Both the position numbers and the translations under genes were made by a program. The notes beneath the pieces are model-generated. The model was not told the origin of the DNA, made no database searches, and worked only from the letters and a program-made list of their open reading frames with translations. Shown piece after piece: positions 46,401 to 56,700 of a DNA stretch of 64,000 bases (position 1 is its first letter; each line of letters starts with the position of its first letter). The stretch spans positions 104,623 through 168,622 of IMG/VR virus record IMGVR_UViG_3300032397_000002; one strand, 5' to 3'. The DNA is from a virus.

Positions 46401-47228
46401 ACGCTGGGGTACTCTGCTACGCCTGGCACCACAAATGCCCCTTGTGAAATCGGGCTGGTCAATACGGACGGAACTGGCGACACCAAAGGTGACCTCTACT
46501 TTGCCACTCGCAGCACGACCACCGGCACTTCTGCTCCTACTGAGAGGATGCGCATCAAGTCCAGTGGCGATGTAATCATCAACACAAACACCCTGGTTGT
46601 GGACGCCACCAACAACAAGGTTGGTATCGCCACTACAAGTCCCAATGAGGCTCTTGAGGTCACCGGCAACGTCAGATTCTCTGGCGCATTGATGCCGGCT
46701 AACGCCGCAGGTACCTCTGGTCAAGTCCTTGTGTCAGCTGGCACCGGAGCTGCACCCACCTGGGGTACTTCTCCGGCCGGTGGGCCACCGAGCTTCGGCG
46801 AGCTGTACGAAGACAATGACCCCACAGGTTCCTCCATCACCGTCACAACTGCCGGCACCTACTACCAGTGGGTGACGACCACGGTCGGTGAGTCGGCTGG
46901 AAGCGGGCTTGTCGTTGCTTCTGCCACCACGGACGATCTGACCGTTGGGGCCAGTGGCGCCGGGAAGTACCTGGTGGTGTGGTCGGCGACCATTTCAGCG
47001 AACACCAACGCGACCGTGCATGGGGCTGCACACGTCGGGGGCTCCATCAGCTCAAAGAGCAAATCTGGAGTGCATGGCGGAAACGCCGGGGACCGAACTC
47101 ATCTTGGTAGCAGTTGCATCGCAACCTTGGCCGCGTCTGACGCCGTAGACCTTCGCTTCACGAGCGACACCAACGGTGACGTCGTTGTTGTCTATCACGC
47201 CAACCTCTCCATTCACAGGATTGCCTAA
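43452..47228 (+). CDS. Long tail fibre (1258 aa)
   Basis: About 10 repeats of LxVDxxNNRVGIGTxxP...LxVxG and GTxGQVLxSxG..AAPTW. Confidence 0.8.
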   Translation: MPAAIPGPPPFATATVAGLLSAVAQSIGGDKTFFGKVINSNPLGLMSYTTGTLPAAADNTGCLVYNSSTSKVMYSTGSAWVALDVSSGSFVLNTGDTMTGQLNITGAGISVDTADQTFFVDAAGNKVGIGTITPADKLDVATGGLAVRGATSASGAGAFVSHTGSVTTISSVNWTGPAYRDLIISDQTLSLRTGTSSVTERVLIGATGNVAFDTNTLFVDAVNNRVGILTVVPTQPLEVAGIIFSNTGGFKFPDNTTQTSSGVKLTGDTMIGTLVITGAGMDVNSADHTLFVDSVNSRVGIGTNVPSKKLHIKSSVVDHLVQIENTNVSGSSGISCFSNAGSEKLRVGYANPSFGAPLQGLSFIATDGTTDLIIAHASTEYHRFFQTGSVKFDQADNLLVIDSANNRIGIGLATPSATHQVTMAGNTSTVNSHVLKIYNSSGNGYSGIEFFHANGSTTGGSLSYGGGTTTAGGNGQFTLDIPAGFYIRNGTAIYHQFSSSGNVVLDTTDNLFYMDATNNKVGINLGTGSLATAAGAYSYPLVVELGSTGTRASLIRGLGTNRKALAIQDSTNNRTWSWDHATSSNNNRFELYYHNGTTEGRHLVLTTDGKLGVGEITPTVELDVIGSGQFTGGLTVDTNTLVVDATANQVGIGTTPGAGNKLDVAGDINLTGALKPNGVAGTVGYVLQSGGAGVAPTWVAPGTATMTIGSAVASGTVGSVLFVGAGTTLAQDNANLFWDDTNNRLGIDNAAPSEALHVTGNVRFSGALMPNNAAGTSGQILTSAGPGVPPTWGSGAVTGTGTSGNVAYWTGTSAIAADAGQLQWDAAANRLGIGSVGTPSFTLQVAGDFGFTSTMYIGPSAQAGTAGQVLTSGGAGAAPTWGTAPVTGSGTAGQFAYWNGANALLGVGTGMKWVDASALLAIGTSAPTPTRTLEVYGRAYTDYNASNSLPAFQIERSGVTSIGQAHLHLGGATSTGSTTRYSMTLGYSATPGTTNAPCEIGLVNTDGTGDTKGDLYFATRSTTTGTSAPTERMRIKSSGDVIINTNTLVVDATNNKVGIATTSPNEALEVTGNVRFSGALMPANAAGTSGQVLVSAGTGAAPTWGTSPAGGPPSFGELYEDNDPTGSSITVTTAGTYYQWVTTTVGESAGSGLVVASATTDDLTVGASGAGKYLVVWSATISANTNATVHGAAHVGGSISSKSKSGVHGGNAGDRTHLGSSCIATLAASDAVDLRFTSDTNGDVVVVYHANLSIHRIA
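45723..46697 (+). repeat. Exact 39-bp direct repeat pair inside the tail fibre gene
   Basis: GTCACCGGCAACGTCAGATTCTCTGGCGCATTGATGCCG at 45723-45761 and 46659-46697, 936 nt apart. Confidence 0.9.
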
Positions 47229-47683
47229 TGTCCAGTCCAAAAATCGAAGTCTTCTTTCTCTACGACGCGACTACACAGGCTCCTCTGACTGGGGTGACCC
47301 CCGTGTTCGACACCTACAAGGACGACCTGGGCACCAACTTGACGCAACCGACCATCACGGAGATTGGTGGAGGGGCGTACAAGTTCACCCCGGACATCAC
47401 CACCAACCCCAACCGTGGCATTGTCTACGTCGTTGATGGGACTGCAGCCGCCAGCCCCAGACGCCTTGCGCGCTTCTGCCGCCCTGAGGACTACGCTCCA
47501 GACCTCATTCCCGACATGTACGACATGGACTTCGGGAAGTGGCAAATTGCCACCAGTGGGCCGGACATCAACCGCATGGTGACTTACAAGTCGGACGGTA
47601 TCACCATCTTGAAGAAGTTCAACCTTTTCGATGCAGCGGGGGTGCCGACCAGCATCAACCCCTTCCGCAGGGACCCGGTGTAA
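47228..47683 (+). CDS. Fibre-associated protein, paralog of 42761..43393
   Basis: EIGGGAY; GKWQI...NR...KFNLFD...INPFRR. Confidence 0.6.
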   Translation: MSSPKIEVFFLYDATTQAPLTGVTPVFDTYKDDLGTNLTQPTITEIGGGAYKFTPDITTNPNRGIVYVVDGTAAASPRRLARFCRPEDYAPDLIPDMYDMDFGKWQIATSGPDINRMVTYKSDGITILKKFNLFDAAGVPTSINPFRRDPV

Positions 47684-47684
47684 C

Positions 47685-48350
47685 GTGCCATTTCCCATCA
47701 CTAAGGGTTTCGGTTCCCAGGGCGATGCCAGCAGCTCTGCCCTTGTCAGTACACAGGGGTATGGAGACCCAGGCGTGCCCACTGGGTCCTGCAACACCTT
47801 CACCCTTCTTCTCACTGAGGTCTTCAGCGACCGCATCGAACTCGTCTTCACGACCAATGTGCAGACGATTGGACCAGCTGCAGTGCCAGCTCAGTGGATT
47901 GTCACGACTGCCGTCAGCGGGGCACCAATCCCCGTGGTGAGTTCCGTAGTCGTAGCTGGTCCGAGAATCAAGCTATACTACAGTGAGGCACGCGATGGTG
48001 TGCTGTATGTTTTGAACCTACCTGTCGTTGGCATCAAGGACATGTCAAACAACCCCTTCCCAGGCCCTTTCACAACCAACTTCAGCGGCGTTGGCATCCC
48101 TCCCTACCTGGTTGTCGCCGGGGCTGAAGATGGGTACCACGTGAAGGTAATCTTCTCAGAGCCGATTGTGACCTCCGAAGCCCTGGTGGCTGGAAACTAC
48201 GTCATCACCGGTGGCGCAGGGCTCACCGTCTACGAAGTCACCCAAGAGACCGCCTTGACCTTCGTGCTGCGCACCAGCCTGCAGACAATCGGTCAGAGCT
48301 ACCTAGTGACGGTCAGCAATATCCACGACTTGCAGGGAAACCTCATCTAA
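47685..48350 (+). CDS. Ig-like domain virion protein
   Basis: GTG 47685; V.FSEP...NY.I...Y.VTVSNI.D..GN Ig-like pattern. Confidence 0.65.
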   Translation: MPFPITKGFGSQGDASSSALVSTQGYGDPGVPTGSCNTFTLLLTEVFSDRIELVFTTNVQTIGPAAVPAQWIVTTAVSGAPIPVVSSVVVAGPRIKLYYSEARDGVLYVLNLPVVGIKDMSNNPFPGPFTTNFSGVGIPPYLVVAGAEDGYHVKVIFSEPIVTSEALVAGNYVITGGAGLTVYEVTQETALTFVLRTSLQTIGQSYLVTVSNIHDLQGNLI

Positions 48351-51300
48351 ATGTCCAGCTCAGCATCATTCATCGGCTCTGGGTTCTACGTCGCCGGTGC
48401 CAGTCAGTACGCCCCTGGCACCGTGCGTGTCAAGTACAGCAGTGCACCGAAAGCCATCAGCAGCGTGGGCGTGAATGATGCTCTCAACCCGGTCAACTAC
48501 GTCCTCAGCGGGCCTGGTGCCTACTCCATTGTCAGCATTCAGCCTGTCAGCGGAGATCCACTTAGCTTCGACATCATCCTTGCTTCCAGCTTGACTGTTG
48601 GCACCTGGACCGTCCAGGTCTCGAACGTACAGACCACCGCATCCAATCCACTGACCGCACCCACGGCAGCTCAGTTCCAGGTCATCAGCAGCGCATCATT
48701 GATGCCACTCAGCGGTGGGGCCGAGGATGACGACCCAGAGACCATCATTCGCAAGCACCTCAGTCCGGCTCTCAGGGGTCCCACGTGGGACGCCCTCATT
48801 AAGGCACTGAGCGTTGGCGATGACATCAACTGGACCAATGCCAGGGCGGCGTTCGACCAGCTCTACCTCTCCACCGCCTCTGGCTCCTACCTGGAGCGCA
48901 AGGCTGGAGACCAGGGTCTCATCAAGCCCCTCAATGTCGGCATGGACGACGAGTTGTTTCGCAAGCTCGCCATCAAGACCAGTGCCAACAAGGTCGTGCA
49001 TGAGGCCATCAGGGAGATTCTGGAGGTCTACTTCGGCCAGGACAGCCTTCGAGCTTTCGTTGAAGCCGACCTCGATGAGAAATACAACCTGTCGGGCAGT
49101 GTGGACCTGACTTGGACCCTGGATGAGAAGGAAACCTTCTCTCACACCTTCGTTGGTTCAGAATTTGGTTCCGTCTCTGCAGCCAAGGCCATCGAGGTTG
49201 CCTTCGCTCTCACGAAGGTGATGCGTGACGCTGGCAGCCGGGGCTTCGCGGCGGTTTACCAGTCACCATTGACCGGTGGCAACAGAGTTCGCATCTACAG
49301 TGGTTCCCTGGGGCTGGGCTCCTTTGTGCGGGTCACCGGTGGATCGGCACAGAATGTCCTTCAGTTCCCGACTCTGATTGGCACTTACAGCGGCACCATC
49401 AGCACCGGAACTGGGTACACGTGGTCCTACACCCATCCCGACTCTGACACCACCCGCGCCAGTTTGACCATCAACACTGGCACCACGGCCGTCCTATTCG
49501 ACATCAGCCTTGTCCAGGTCGGCGACTACGTCATCATGGGAACTGACGCCCAGACTGGGGTCACTGGAACCTACACCATCAAGGCGGTTTCGGTCACTTG
49601 GTCAGGCGCCCTGCTGACTCAGTCCTTCGACATTCAACGCTTGACCTTCAACAGCACCGCGATTCAGGCAAGCAATGCTGCCTACACCTTCTATCGCCCC
49701 ACCAAGAACAGCATTGCGGCGGCGGGTGGGCGCACGGTGGTCGTAGCACAGACCAAGAATGGCCAGGTTGACATCAGCATCCCGGCTACGACGCAGGTCG
49801 TCAGTCGTGGACCGAATCAAGCCCTCTATGGGCGCTTGAACTCCAGCTTTGACATCATCCGCCTGATTCGCGATGCCGCCGGCGTCACGACCATCACCAC
49901 TGCACTGCCACATGGTCTCACGACTGGCAACCAGGTGTGGATTGATGACTTCATGCCAGCACCGAGCATCCCCTACATTACCCCTGGCAACAGTGCAACC
50001 TTCCCCTCTTCTTTCAGGTACGCCGCCAGCAAAGCTGGCATCATTGCAGAAAGCCAGGTGCCATCGTCCCCTGTGACCGAAGATGCTCGGGTGACGACTC
50101 TTAGCAATGGACAGTTCCTCTTCTGTGGTGGCTTCACCAGGGCCGCAGGACCTATCACCAATAGCACCGGGTTTTGGTCGAGTGGTGCTGGCACCACCAG
50201 AGTTGCCTGTAATCGGTACGTGTCTGGCTCCACGTCCACCATCACCGACGCAACCGAAGCGGATGGGGCAACCCAAAGCGGTCACACCTGGGTAGCAACT
50301 TCAGACTTGAACTCCGCTCGTGAGCACCATGCAGTCAGTGCGTATGATACTGGGGCCATCGCCAGTGGCGGCATGGCTGAATCTCCTATCGCCGTTCTGG
50401 CCAGTGCCGAACAGTACCTCCTGGACAGCATCTGGGTCAATCTCCCCGACATGAGTTCGCCTCGTGCTGGTCACCAGCAGGTCACTCTTCCTAACGGCAA
50501 CGTCATGGTCATCGGTGGGGCGACTACCGAGGGAACCGCTCTTGCCACGACGGAAATCTACAATGGGGTCAGCTGGAGCGCTGGGCCCACCATGAACAAG
50601 CCCAGGACTGACTTCCAGGCGGTCTGGCTCAGCAACGGCAAGCTCATGGTCATTGGCGGCAGGACCATGGGCGAAGGGCACACCAGCGATGCCCAAACTC
50701 TAGGTCTCTGGCGCATGGACGAAACCACCGGAACTGCATCCGCAGATGCCACCGGCAACTACCCTCTGACGGCGATTGGAGCTTCTCTCGATGGTAACGG
50801 CGCCACCATCACCACCCAGGGGAAGGTCAACGCTTGCCGTGACTTCAACACTTCTGGAACGTACCTCACTGGTGCCGGTAACGCTACGGCAGTCACGAAG
50901 CTTCTTGGGGAGTGGACCCTGGAGTGCTGGTTCAAACGTACCACCATCAATCAGCCTCAGAACTTCGCCTCCTACGGTGGAGCTACGAACTCGGCAGCTG
51001 ACAATCTCCTTTTGAATGCAGGCATCGACACCACCAACCATCTCTTCTGGATGTGGGAGACCGGGACCGGGACTGACGTTACGGCAACAACCACCGCCAC
51101 CGTGGAATCCCTCCCCAGCTACAGAGCGGACTACTTCAACCATCTCGCTGTCCGCAAGGCCTTTCATCTGCCCAAGTTGGTTGTCAGTGCTAGCAGGGCC
51201 TCGAACGTCACCACTCTGGTCTTCTCGGCAGCTCACGGTTTTTCCAACAGCGACGTCATCTATTTTGCAAGTGGAGATTCCTTGTTTGGTAGTGGGGCCA

Positions 51301-53264
51301 AGACAATCACTGCAAGCACCACCACGAGCATCAGCTTCGCTGAGACTGGCTCCGATATTGGCTTCAGGTTGATGGGTGGGTACGTCGCCAAAACCTTCGA
51401 TGTGACGATTTTCATCAACGGAGTCCAGATTCAGGCCTGGACAAACCAAGCAAACTCAACTGGTGGCACCAGCGGGGCATGGTACATCGCCCATCAGCCA
51501 GAAATTCCCAGCAGCGGCTTCCAGGGGTTCCTCGATGATGTTCGTGTCAGTTCTACGGCGCGAAGCGACGAGGAAATTCGTGGCAACTTCCTCAAGGGCT
51601 GGGGACATCAAAAGTCTCACGTCGATGCAGATAGAGCTGTAGGTGCCGTCACTGACACCTGTGAAATCTACGACGGTGTCTCTTGGGCTATGACGGGCCG
51701 AATGTCCATTGGCCGAGCGTTTCATCAGGCGATTGTTGTGCCGGGCGGTCTCAATGATGGCTTCGGCAACGACTACGTCCTTGTTCATGGCGGGCTCGGC
51801 TGCGACATCACCCAGGTGCCGCCTATCAACTATCCGGCGACCATTGGTCTTTGGCCAAACAACAGCCTCCGAGACACAGAGGTCTATGATGCCAGCGTTG
51901 GACGGTGGTCTCCAGTCAAAGCCTCTGGCGTGAGGCGGCATGGCCACAGCATGACCTACCTGCCTACTTCGGGCCAGGTAGTTGTTCATGGTGGACAAAG
52001 CCTCAATCAGAATATCGCTGATGTAGATGATGCCGGCTACCCGGAAATCCTCGATGTTGCCACCAGGACCTGGAAGACGGCTCCTGTGAAGTACCGGACT
52101 CCAGTTGGCACCTTTTGCGCCACTCCGACAGCCTCCCTTCGTGAGGTCGTCCTCTATGGCGGGTTTGACCAGACTGGGGCAACCAACACCAAGGCTCTGA
52201 CCTACATCGATGGAGACCACATGGTCTCTGGCTCTGGCATCAATGGCCAACATGTGGTGACAGCAACCCCCAGTTCGACCACCTTGCAGATTCAGACGGC
52301 CAAAACGACGGGAGAGAGGGGCTACACCTCCAGTATGGGGTCCCGCTACCTGGGAGACGATGGTACCTGGAATCAGGCTCGCGTCAATGGCACTTGGAAA
52401 ATCAGCACTGGCTCTCGAAGCTCCAGCAAGACCACTCTGGTCCTCTCTTTCCCGACCGGCTACTTGGCCCATGACATCAGTGTTGGGGACTATGTCTACG
52501 TGAACTCCAGGACCAGTCAGTTCGGCGGTGGGCTCAAGCTGGTCACCGCTGTAACCTCGACCAGTATTACCTACGTCGAGGCGGCAAGCAATCAGTCCAG
52601 CATCAGTGTTACTGGCAGCGTTTCTGAAAACTGGAGCCCCAATGCGGGCTTGGTGCCCGTTGCGGCAACAGCTCAGCCGGTCAACGACCCGGGGCCCTAC
52701 TTCTTTGACCCCCTGGCTGGGCTGGCTATCACCTCCACGGAGTCGACCGTCACAAACTTCCCCCTGTACGCCAATCAGAACTACGAAGAGGTCGAGCTGG
52801 ATGACGTCAGCGGTTCTGGCTCCAAGTTCCCGGACTCCAACGGCTACATCGTCTTCAACTTTGGCACAGATGCTCAAACCCAGCCCATCAAGTACTTGGG
52901 TCGCTACAAGAGCAGCCCCAGCACCGTCCGCCTGACTCTCGACTACAGCTACAGATTCGTCGCAGACCAGGCTGTAGGGGCCAAGGTGACGCTTTTGAGC
53001 CAAAGGGAGCCCTATGCCCCAACCAGTGCTGTCGGAAGCTCCTACGTGACAGCCAGCAGCGCTGGAAGGGCAGCTGCAGCAGCGGCGGCGGAGGAGGCGA
53101 TGGCGGCAGGGGTGACCCCGGTCGTGACCATCGTCTATCCGGGAGACCGAGGCCTTGGTGGAGAGGGTTACCCAAGCCATGGTGCCCAGAAGCTCAGTGA
53201 CAAGGTCGGTATCTTCGCTGGTGACGATATTACCCTGGAAGTTCAAGAGGATAGGGAGAAATAA
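48351..53264 (+). CDS. Baseplate-associated protein with Ig-like, gpI-like, Kelch, LamG and FCCH-like domains (1637 aa)
   Basis: TASGSYLER...DDELFRK; Kelch PRAGH...V.VIGG...EIY...W; LamG WTLECW...F.G.LDDVRVS. Confidence 0.75.
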   Translation: MSSSASFIGSGFYVAGASQYAPGTVRVKYSSAPKAISSVGVNDALNPVNYVLSGPGAYSIVSIQPVSGDPLSFDIILASSLTVGTWTVQVSNVQTTASNPLTAPTAAQFQVISSASLMPLSGGAEDDDPETIIRKHLSPALRGPTWDALIKALSVGDDINWTNARAAFDQLYLSTASGSYLERKAGDQGLIKPLNVGMDDELFRKLAIKTSANKVVHEAIREILEVYFGQDSLRAFVEADLDEKYNLSGSVDLTWTLDEKETFSHTFVGSEFGSVSAAKAIEVAFALTKVMRDAGSRGFAAVYQSPLTGGNRVRIYSGSLGLGSFVRVTGGSAQNVLQFPTLIGTYSGTISTGTGYTWSYTHPDSDTTRASLTINTGTTAVLFDISLVQVGDYVIMGTDAQTGVTGTYTIKAVSVTWSGALLTQSFDIQRLTFNSTAIQASNAAYTFYRPTKNSIAAAGGRTVVVAQTKNGQVDISIPATTQVVSRGPNQALYGRLNSSFDIIRLIRDAAGVTTITTALPHGLTTGNQVWIDDFMPAPSIPYITPGNSATFPSSFRYAASKAGIIAESQVPSSPVTEDARVTTLSNGQFLFCGGFTRAAGPITNSTGFWSSGAGTTRVACNRYVSGSTSTITDATEADGATQSGHTWVATSDLNSAREHHAVSAYDTGAIASGGMAESPIAVLASAEQYLLDSIWVNLPDMSSPRAGHQQVTLPNGNVMVIGGATTEGTALATTEIYNGVSWSAGPTMNKPRTDFQAVWLSNGKLMVIGGRTMGEGHTSDAQTLGLWRMDETTGTASADATGNYPLTAIGASLDGNGATITTQGKVNACRDFNTSGTYLTGAGNATAVTKLLGEWTLECWFKRTTINQPQNFASYGGATNSAADNLLLNAGIDTTNHLFWMWETGTGTDVTATTTATVESLPSYRADYFNHLAVRKAFHLPKLVVSASRASNVTTLVFSAAHGFSNSDVIYFASGDSLFGSGAKTITASTTTSISFAETGSDIGFRLMGGYVAKTFDVTIFINGVQIQAWTNQANSTGGTSGAWYIAHQPEIPSSGFQGFLDDVRVSSTARSDEEIRGNFLKGWGHQKSHVDADRAVGAVTDTCEIYDGVSWAMTGRMSIGRAFHQAIVVPGGLNDGFGNDYVLVHGGLGCDITQVPPINYPATIGLWPNNSLRDTEVYDASVGRWSPVKASGVRRHGHSMTYLPTSGQVVVHGGQSLNQNIADVDDAGYPEILDVATRTWKTAPVKYRTPVGTFCATPTASLREVVLYGGFDQTGATNTKALTYIDGDHMVSGSGINGQHVVTATPSSTTLQIQTAKTTGERGYTSSMGSRYLGDDGTWNQARVNGTWKISTGSRSSSKTTLVLSFPTGYLAHDISVGDYVYVNSRTSQFGGGLKLVTAVTSTSITYVEAASNQSSISVTGSVSENWSPNAGLVPVAATAQPVNDPGPYFFDPLAGLAITSTESTVTNFPLYANQNYEEVELDDVSGSGSKFPDSNGYIVFNFGTDAQTQPIKYLGRYKSSPSTVRLTLDYSYRFVADQAVGAKVTLLSQREPYAPTSAVGSSYVTASSAGRAAAAAAAEEAMAAGVTPVVTIVYPGDRGLGGEGYPSHGAQKLSDKVGIFAGDDITLEVQEDREK

Positions 53265-53710
53265 TGTCAAGAGCCAGAGTGATACCAAGTGCTGCCGTCT
53301 ACGTCTACATCAACGGCAAGCCTTTTGGTCGATGTTCAGATTTCAACTTTCGTGCCATAACCCCTCGGCGGGCTATCTACGGCATCGACTCTCTTACCCC
53401 TTACGAGCTTGCTCCCTCACAGACGAAGGTCACGGCCAGCATGAAGGTCTATCGCACCGTCGGTGATGGCGGAGCCGAAGGGGTTGGCATGGCAGCCCCC
53501 TACGAGCACGTGCAATTGGAGAAGTACTTCAGTGTGATGTTGGTGGATCGTGGCGCCATGGACACGGTCATCTTCCAAGCTGACTTCTGTAGCATCACCG
53601 GTCAATCTTGGAGCATTCCGGTTCGTGGTATCATCACCGGAAGCCTTGAATTTGAGGCCCTTGCATGGAACAACGATGTCAAACCCATGGGAATCAACTT
53701 CGCTGGGTAA
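53264..53710 (+). CDS. Tail-tube-like baseplate protein
   Basis: VYINGKPFG...IYGIDS..PYELAP tube-fold pattern. Confidence 0.6.
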   Translation: MSRARVIPSAAVYVYINGKPFGRCSDFNFRAITPRRAIYGIDSLTPYELAPSQTKVTASMKVYRTVGDGGAEGVGMAAPYEHVQLEKYFSVMLVDRGAMDTVIFQADFCSITGQSWSIPVRGIITGSLEFEALAWNNDVKPMGINFAG

Positions 53711-53775
53711 GCAGCAATCTTTCACTCGGGTCCGGTCGGTAGAACCACAGACCTAAATCCCCGGAGACATTGGAA

Positions 53776-56700
53776 ATGAGCGTCCTTCGACAATTGAACA
53801 TTCTTGGGCAGATGCGGATCGACGTCCCGCATCTTCGCAGCATTGAGTCGAGCATCGCCGCCGACTTCGATGTGGTCGCGGGTCGCGTCCAGGCCGGTGA
53901 GAAGGCTGTTGTCATCCGTGGATTCGCTCTCGCCAACTTCACTTCTGGCACCGCCGCGAGCAGTGTTCAGCTGAGCACTGCAGACGGCATCGTCTACAAC
54001 ATGAGCGCCAGCGAGGCTGGCACCTTCCTTTGGGTCCCTGCAGATCGAGCTGTCGAAACACTGAACTCGGCTACCAATGCCCGCGTCAGTGGCAGCTTCA
54101 CGGCAGGCCAAGTCAACTACGTCGGACTCGACTTCACTCGTGCTGCCGATGCCACCACTGCAGACCTGGTGCAGTTCCTGGACCCCAACACCCTTCTGGA
54201 GAACGCGAAGAACGTCCCGCTGGGTCGCACCCTTGACTACCGCATCGTCATCAGCACCACTCCATTCAGCTCCAGCCCCAACCTGGTGCCGATTGCCAAA
54301 ATCAAGACGGACGCATCGAACAACGTTGACTCTGCTACCAGCTCTGTCCAGGACGCAAGAAACATCCTGTGGCGCCTGGGTTCTGGTGGAGACTTCCCAA
54401 ACCGCTACAACAGTTTCAGCTGGGCTCAGAATCGTGTAGAGTCTGTGTCAGGCGCCGGTGTCTTTGTCGGTGGTGACAAGTCCATTCAGAGCGAGAAGGA
54501 CTGGATGGATGCGGTCATGTCCCGCATCTGGGAAATTGGTGGTGGCGAGAACTGGTACAGCACCACGGCAGACCGCAATGTTCGCATGGTCAGGGCTCCT
54601 AGCCCGTCAGTGTTCGCGACTACCGGCGACAACTTCGAGTGGGTTGCTGGTCTCTACAGCAGCACGCACCTGCACTGGCAGGGGTTGAAAATTGCCTTCG
54701 ACAACTCCAATACCTCATCGGTGTACTACAACACCATCAATGACCAGACCGGAGACGATACCACTAGCGCTGCGCTGACCAGCAAGACGGCCTTGGCTGA
54801 TGGTGACTGCCTCTACGTCGACATCGACCGTACGGCCAACTCTGGCCTCACCGCCAAGAAAGCCTCACTGCAGCTTCTCTCAGTTCCCTCCATCCCTGGC
54901 TCTCGCTTCGTTTTTGCTTGGAGGATCGGCAGCAACGTCTATACGCGGGATGCCGCATGGCCAGTGAACGTTGCTCAACAGCCGGCCACTACCACGGTGG
55001 TGGGCGCGGTGCGCCTCAACAACACCGCAGGTACTCCAGCTACTCCGACCATCCCCACTCTGGATGCCAACAACGCCATCACCCTTGGTGTTGGGTCCTA
55101 CCTCATCGCGGGTGCCAACACCGGTCTCACTGTCACCGGCGGCAGCGCGAGCGGCATCGGTATCAAAGGAATTGGTGGAGCTGTCAGTGGTTTCGGTGGC
55201 GTGGGCGTCTACGGGCAGGGTGGAGATGGCTACGGTACCGGCGTCTATGGTAGGGGCGGGGCCAGCGGCGCGGGCGGACAGTTTGTCGGAGGCCCTTCTG
55301 GCGCAAGTGGAGTTACGGGTAGCGGTACCATCGGCCAGACCGGCGTGTACGGTAGTTCTGATACCGGCGTAGGGGTCATGGGTGGCAGCGGTAGCTCCAC
55401 CGGATTTTTCGTTGTTGGCGTGAGCGGTTTTGGCAACTCAACAAGCTCCATTGCCGTATACGCCCAAGGCTTTACCGCAAGCAGTGGTCCTGATGCGGCT
55501 GGGGCTATGGCTTTGCAGGCTGTGGGTGGCGATGCCTACGCCAGCGCCAGCGGGACACGAGCTGGTGGCCCTGGCGCGTGGATTCTTGGTGGCAATGGGA
55601 ACGGCAGTACCAACACGGGTGGTGACGGCGGGCTCGGCGCCTGGATTGTTGGTGGAAGCGCCGGCAATGCAACACACGTCAGTGCCTTTGGTGGAGCTGG
55701 AGGTCGAGGAGCCACCATCGCTGGTGGAACCGGAGGTAACGTTGGCAATGCCGTCAACAACCCAGGAACTGGTGGCACTGGAATCTATGTAACTGGCGGC
55801 GATGCCGGTCTTCGAGTTGGTGGAACCCTCGGTGGCGGCCCGGGCGGCACCGGCATCATCACTACTGGTGGCATCGGTGGATTCCCCAGCGGTGCCGGAC
55901 CCGGCATCGTGGCCACTGGCGGAGTCTCAAATGGGACCAACGTTGGTAGCGGCTCTGGCGGACAATTCTTTGGTGGAGCCAACACTGTTGGTGGCCAGGG
56001 TGGCTACGGCATCTACGCTTACGGTGGCAATTCAAGCACTGGATACGGCGGAAACGGCATCTATGCTGTAGGTGGAAACTCCAGCTACTCGGGTGCTCCG
56101 GCAGGCCATGGTATTACTGCCTATGGCGGGGGCAACGCTGTATCCTTTCAATCTTGCTACGGTGTCTACGGCAAGGGCGGCACCGGTGGTAGCACTCTGA
56201 ACTTCGGTGGCTACTTTGAGGGCGGTGCGGGTAACGCTCACGCCCTCTATGCACAGCCTGCTGGGAACGGAAACGCCATCATCGCTTCGAATGGCGGTGG
56301 CAGCGGCTATGCGTTCCTGTCGAACAGCGGCGACATCGCCATTCAGCCGGCCAACTTCTATCGCTACGCCTCGGCTGTCTCTCGTGCCATCTACATCCCT
56401 GTTTCCGATTTCATATACACCACCGTTTCTAGCGGTTACACTCCGCTGCCGAGCAACACCCTTGGCCCTCTCATTGGTATTGGAACTGGTGGCAGTCTTC
56501 AGGCAGGCGCCAAAGTCAGACTACCGTATGGAGCCATCATCACTTCTATACAGTTCCTCTCATACAATGACGACGGTGCAGCAAGAAATCTCACTGTGGC
56601 CGTTGGTCACATGGCCTACAATGCTGGCGGAGCTTTCACGTTGACGCAAGTCCACACCGGCGTGTCCGGGGGCGTGGCTGTTTCGCAGCCCCTCACCGGT

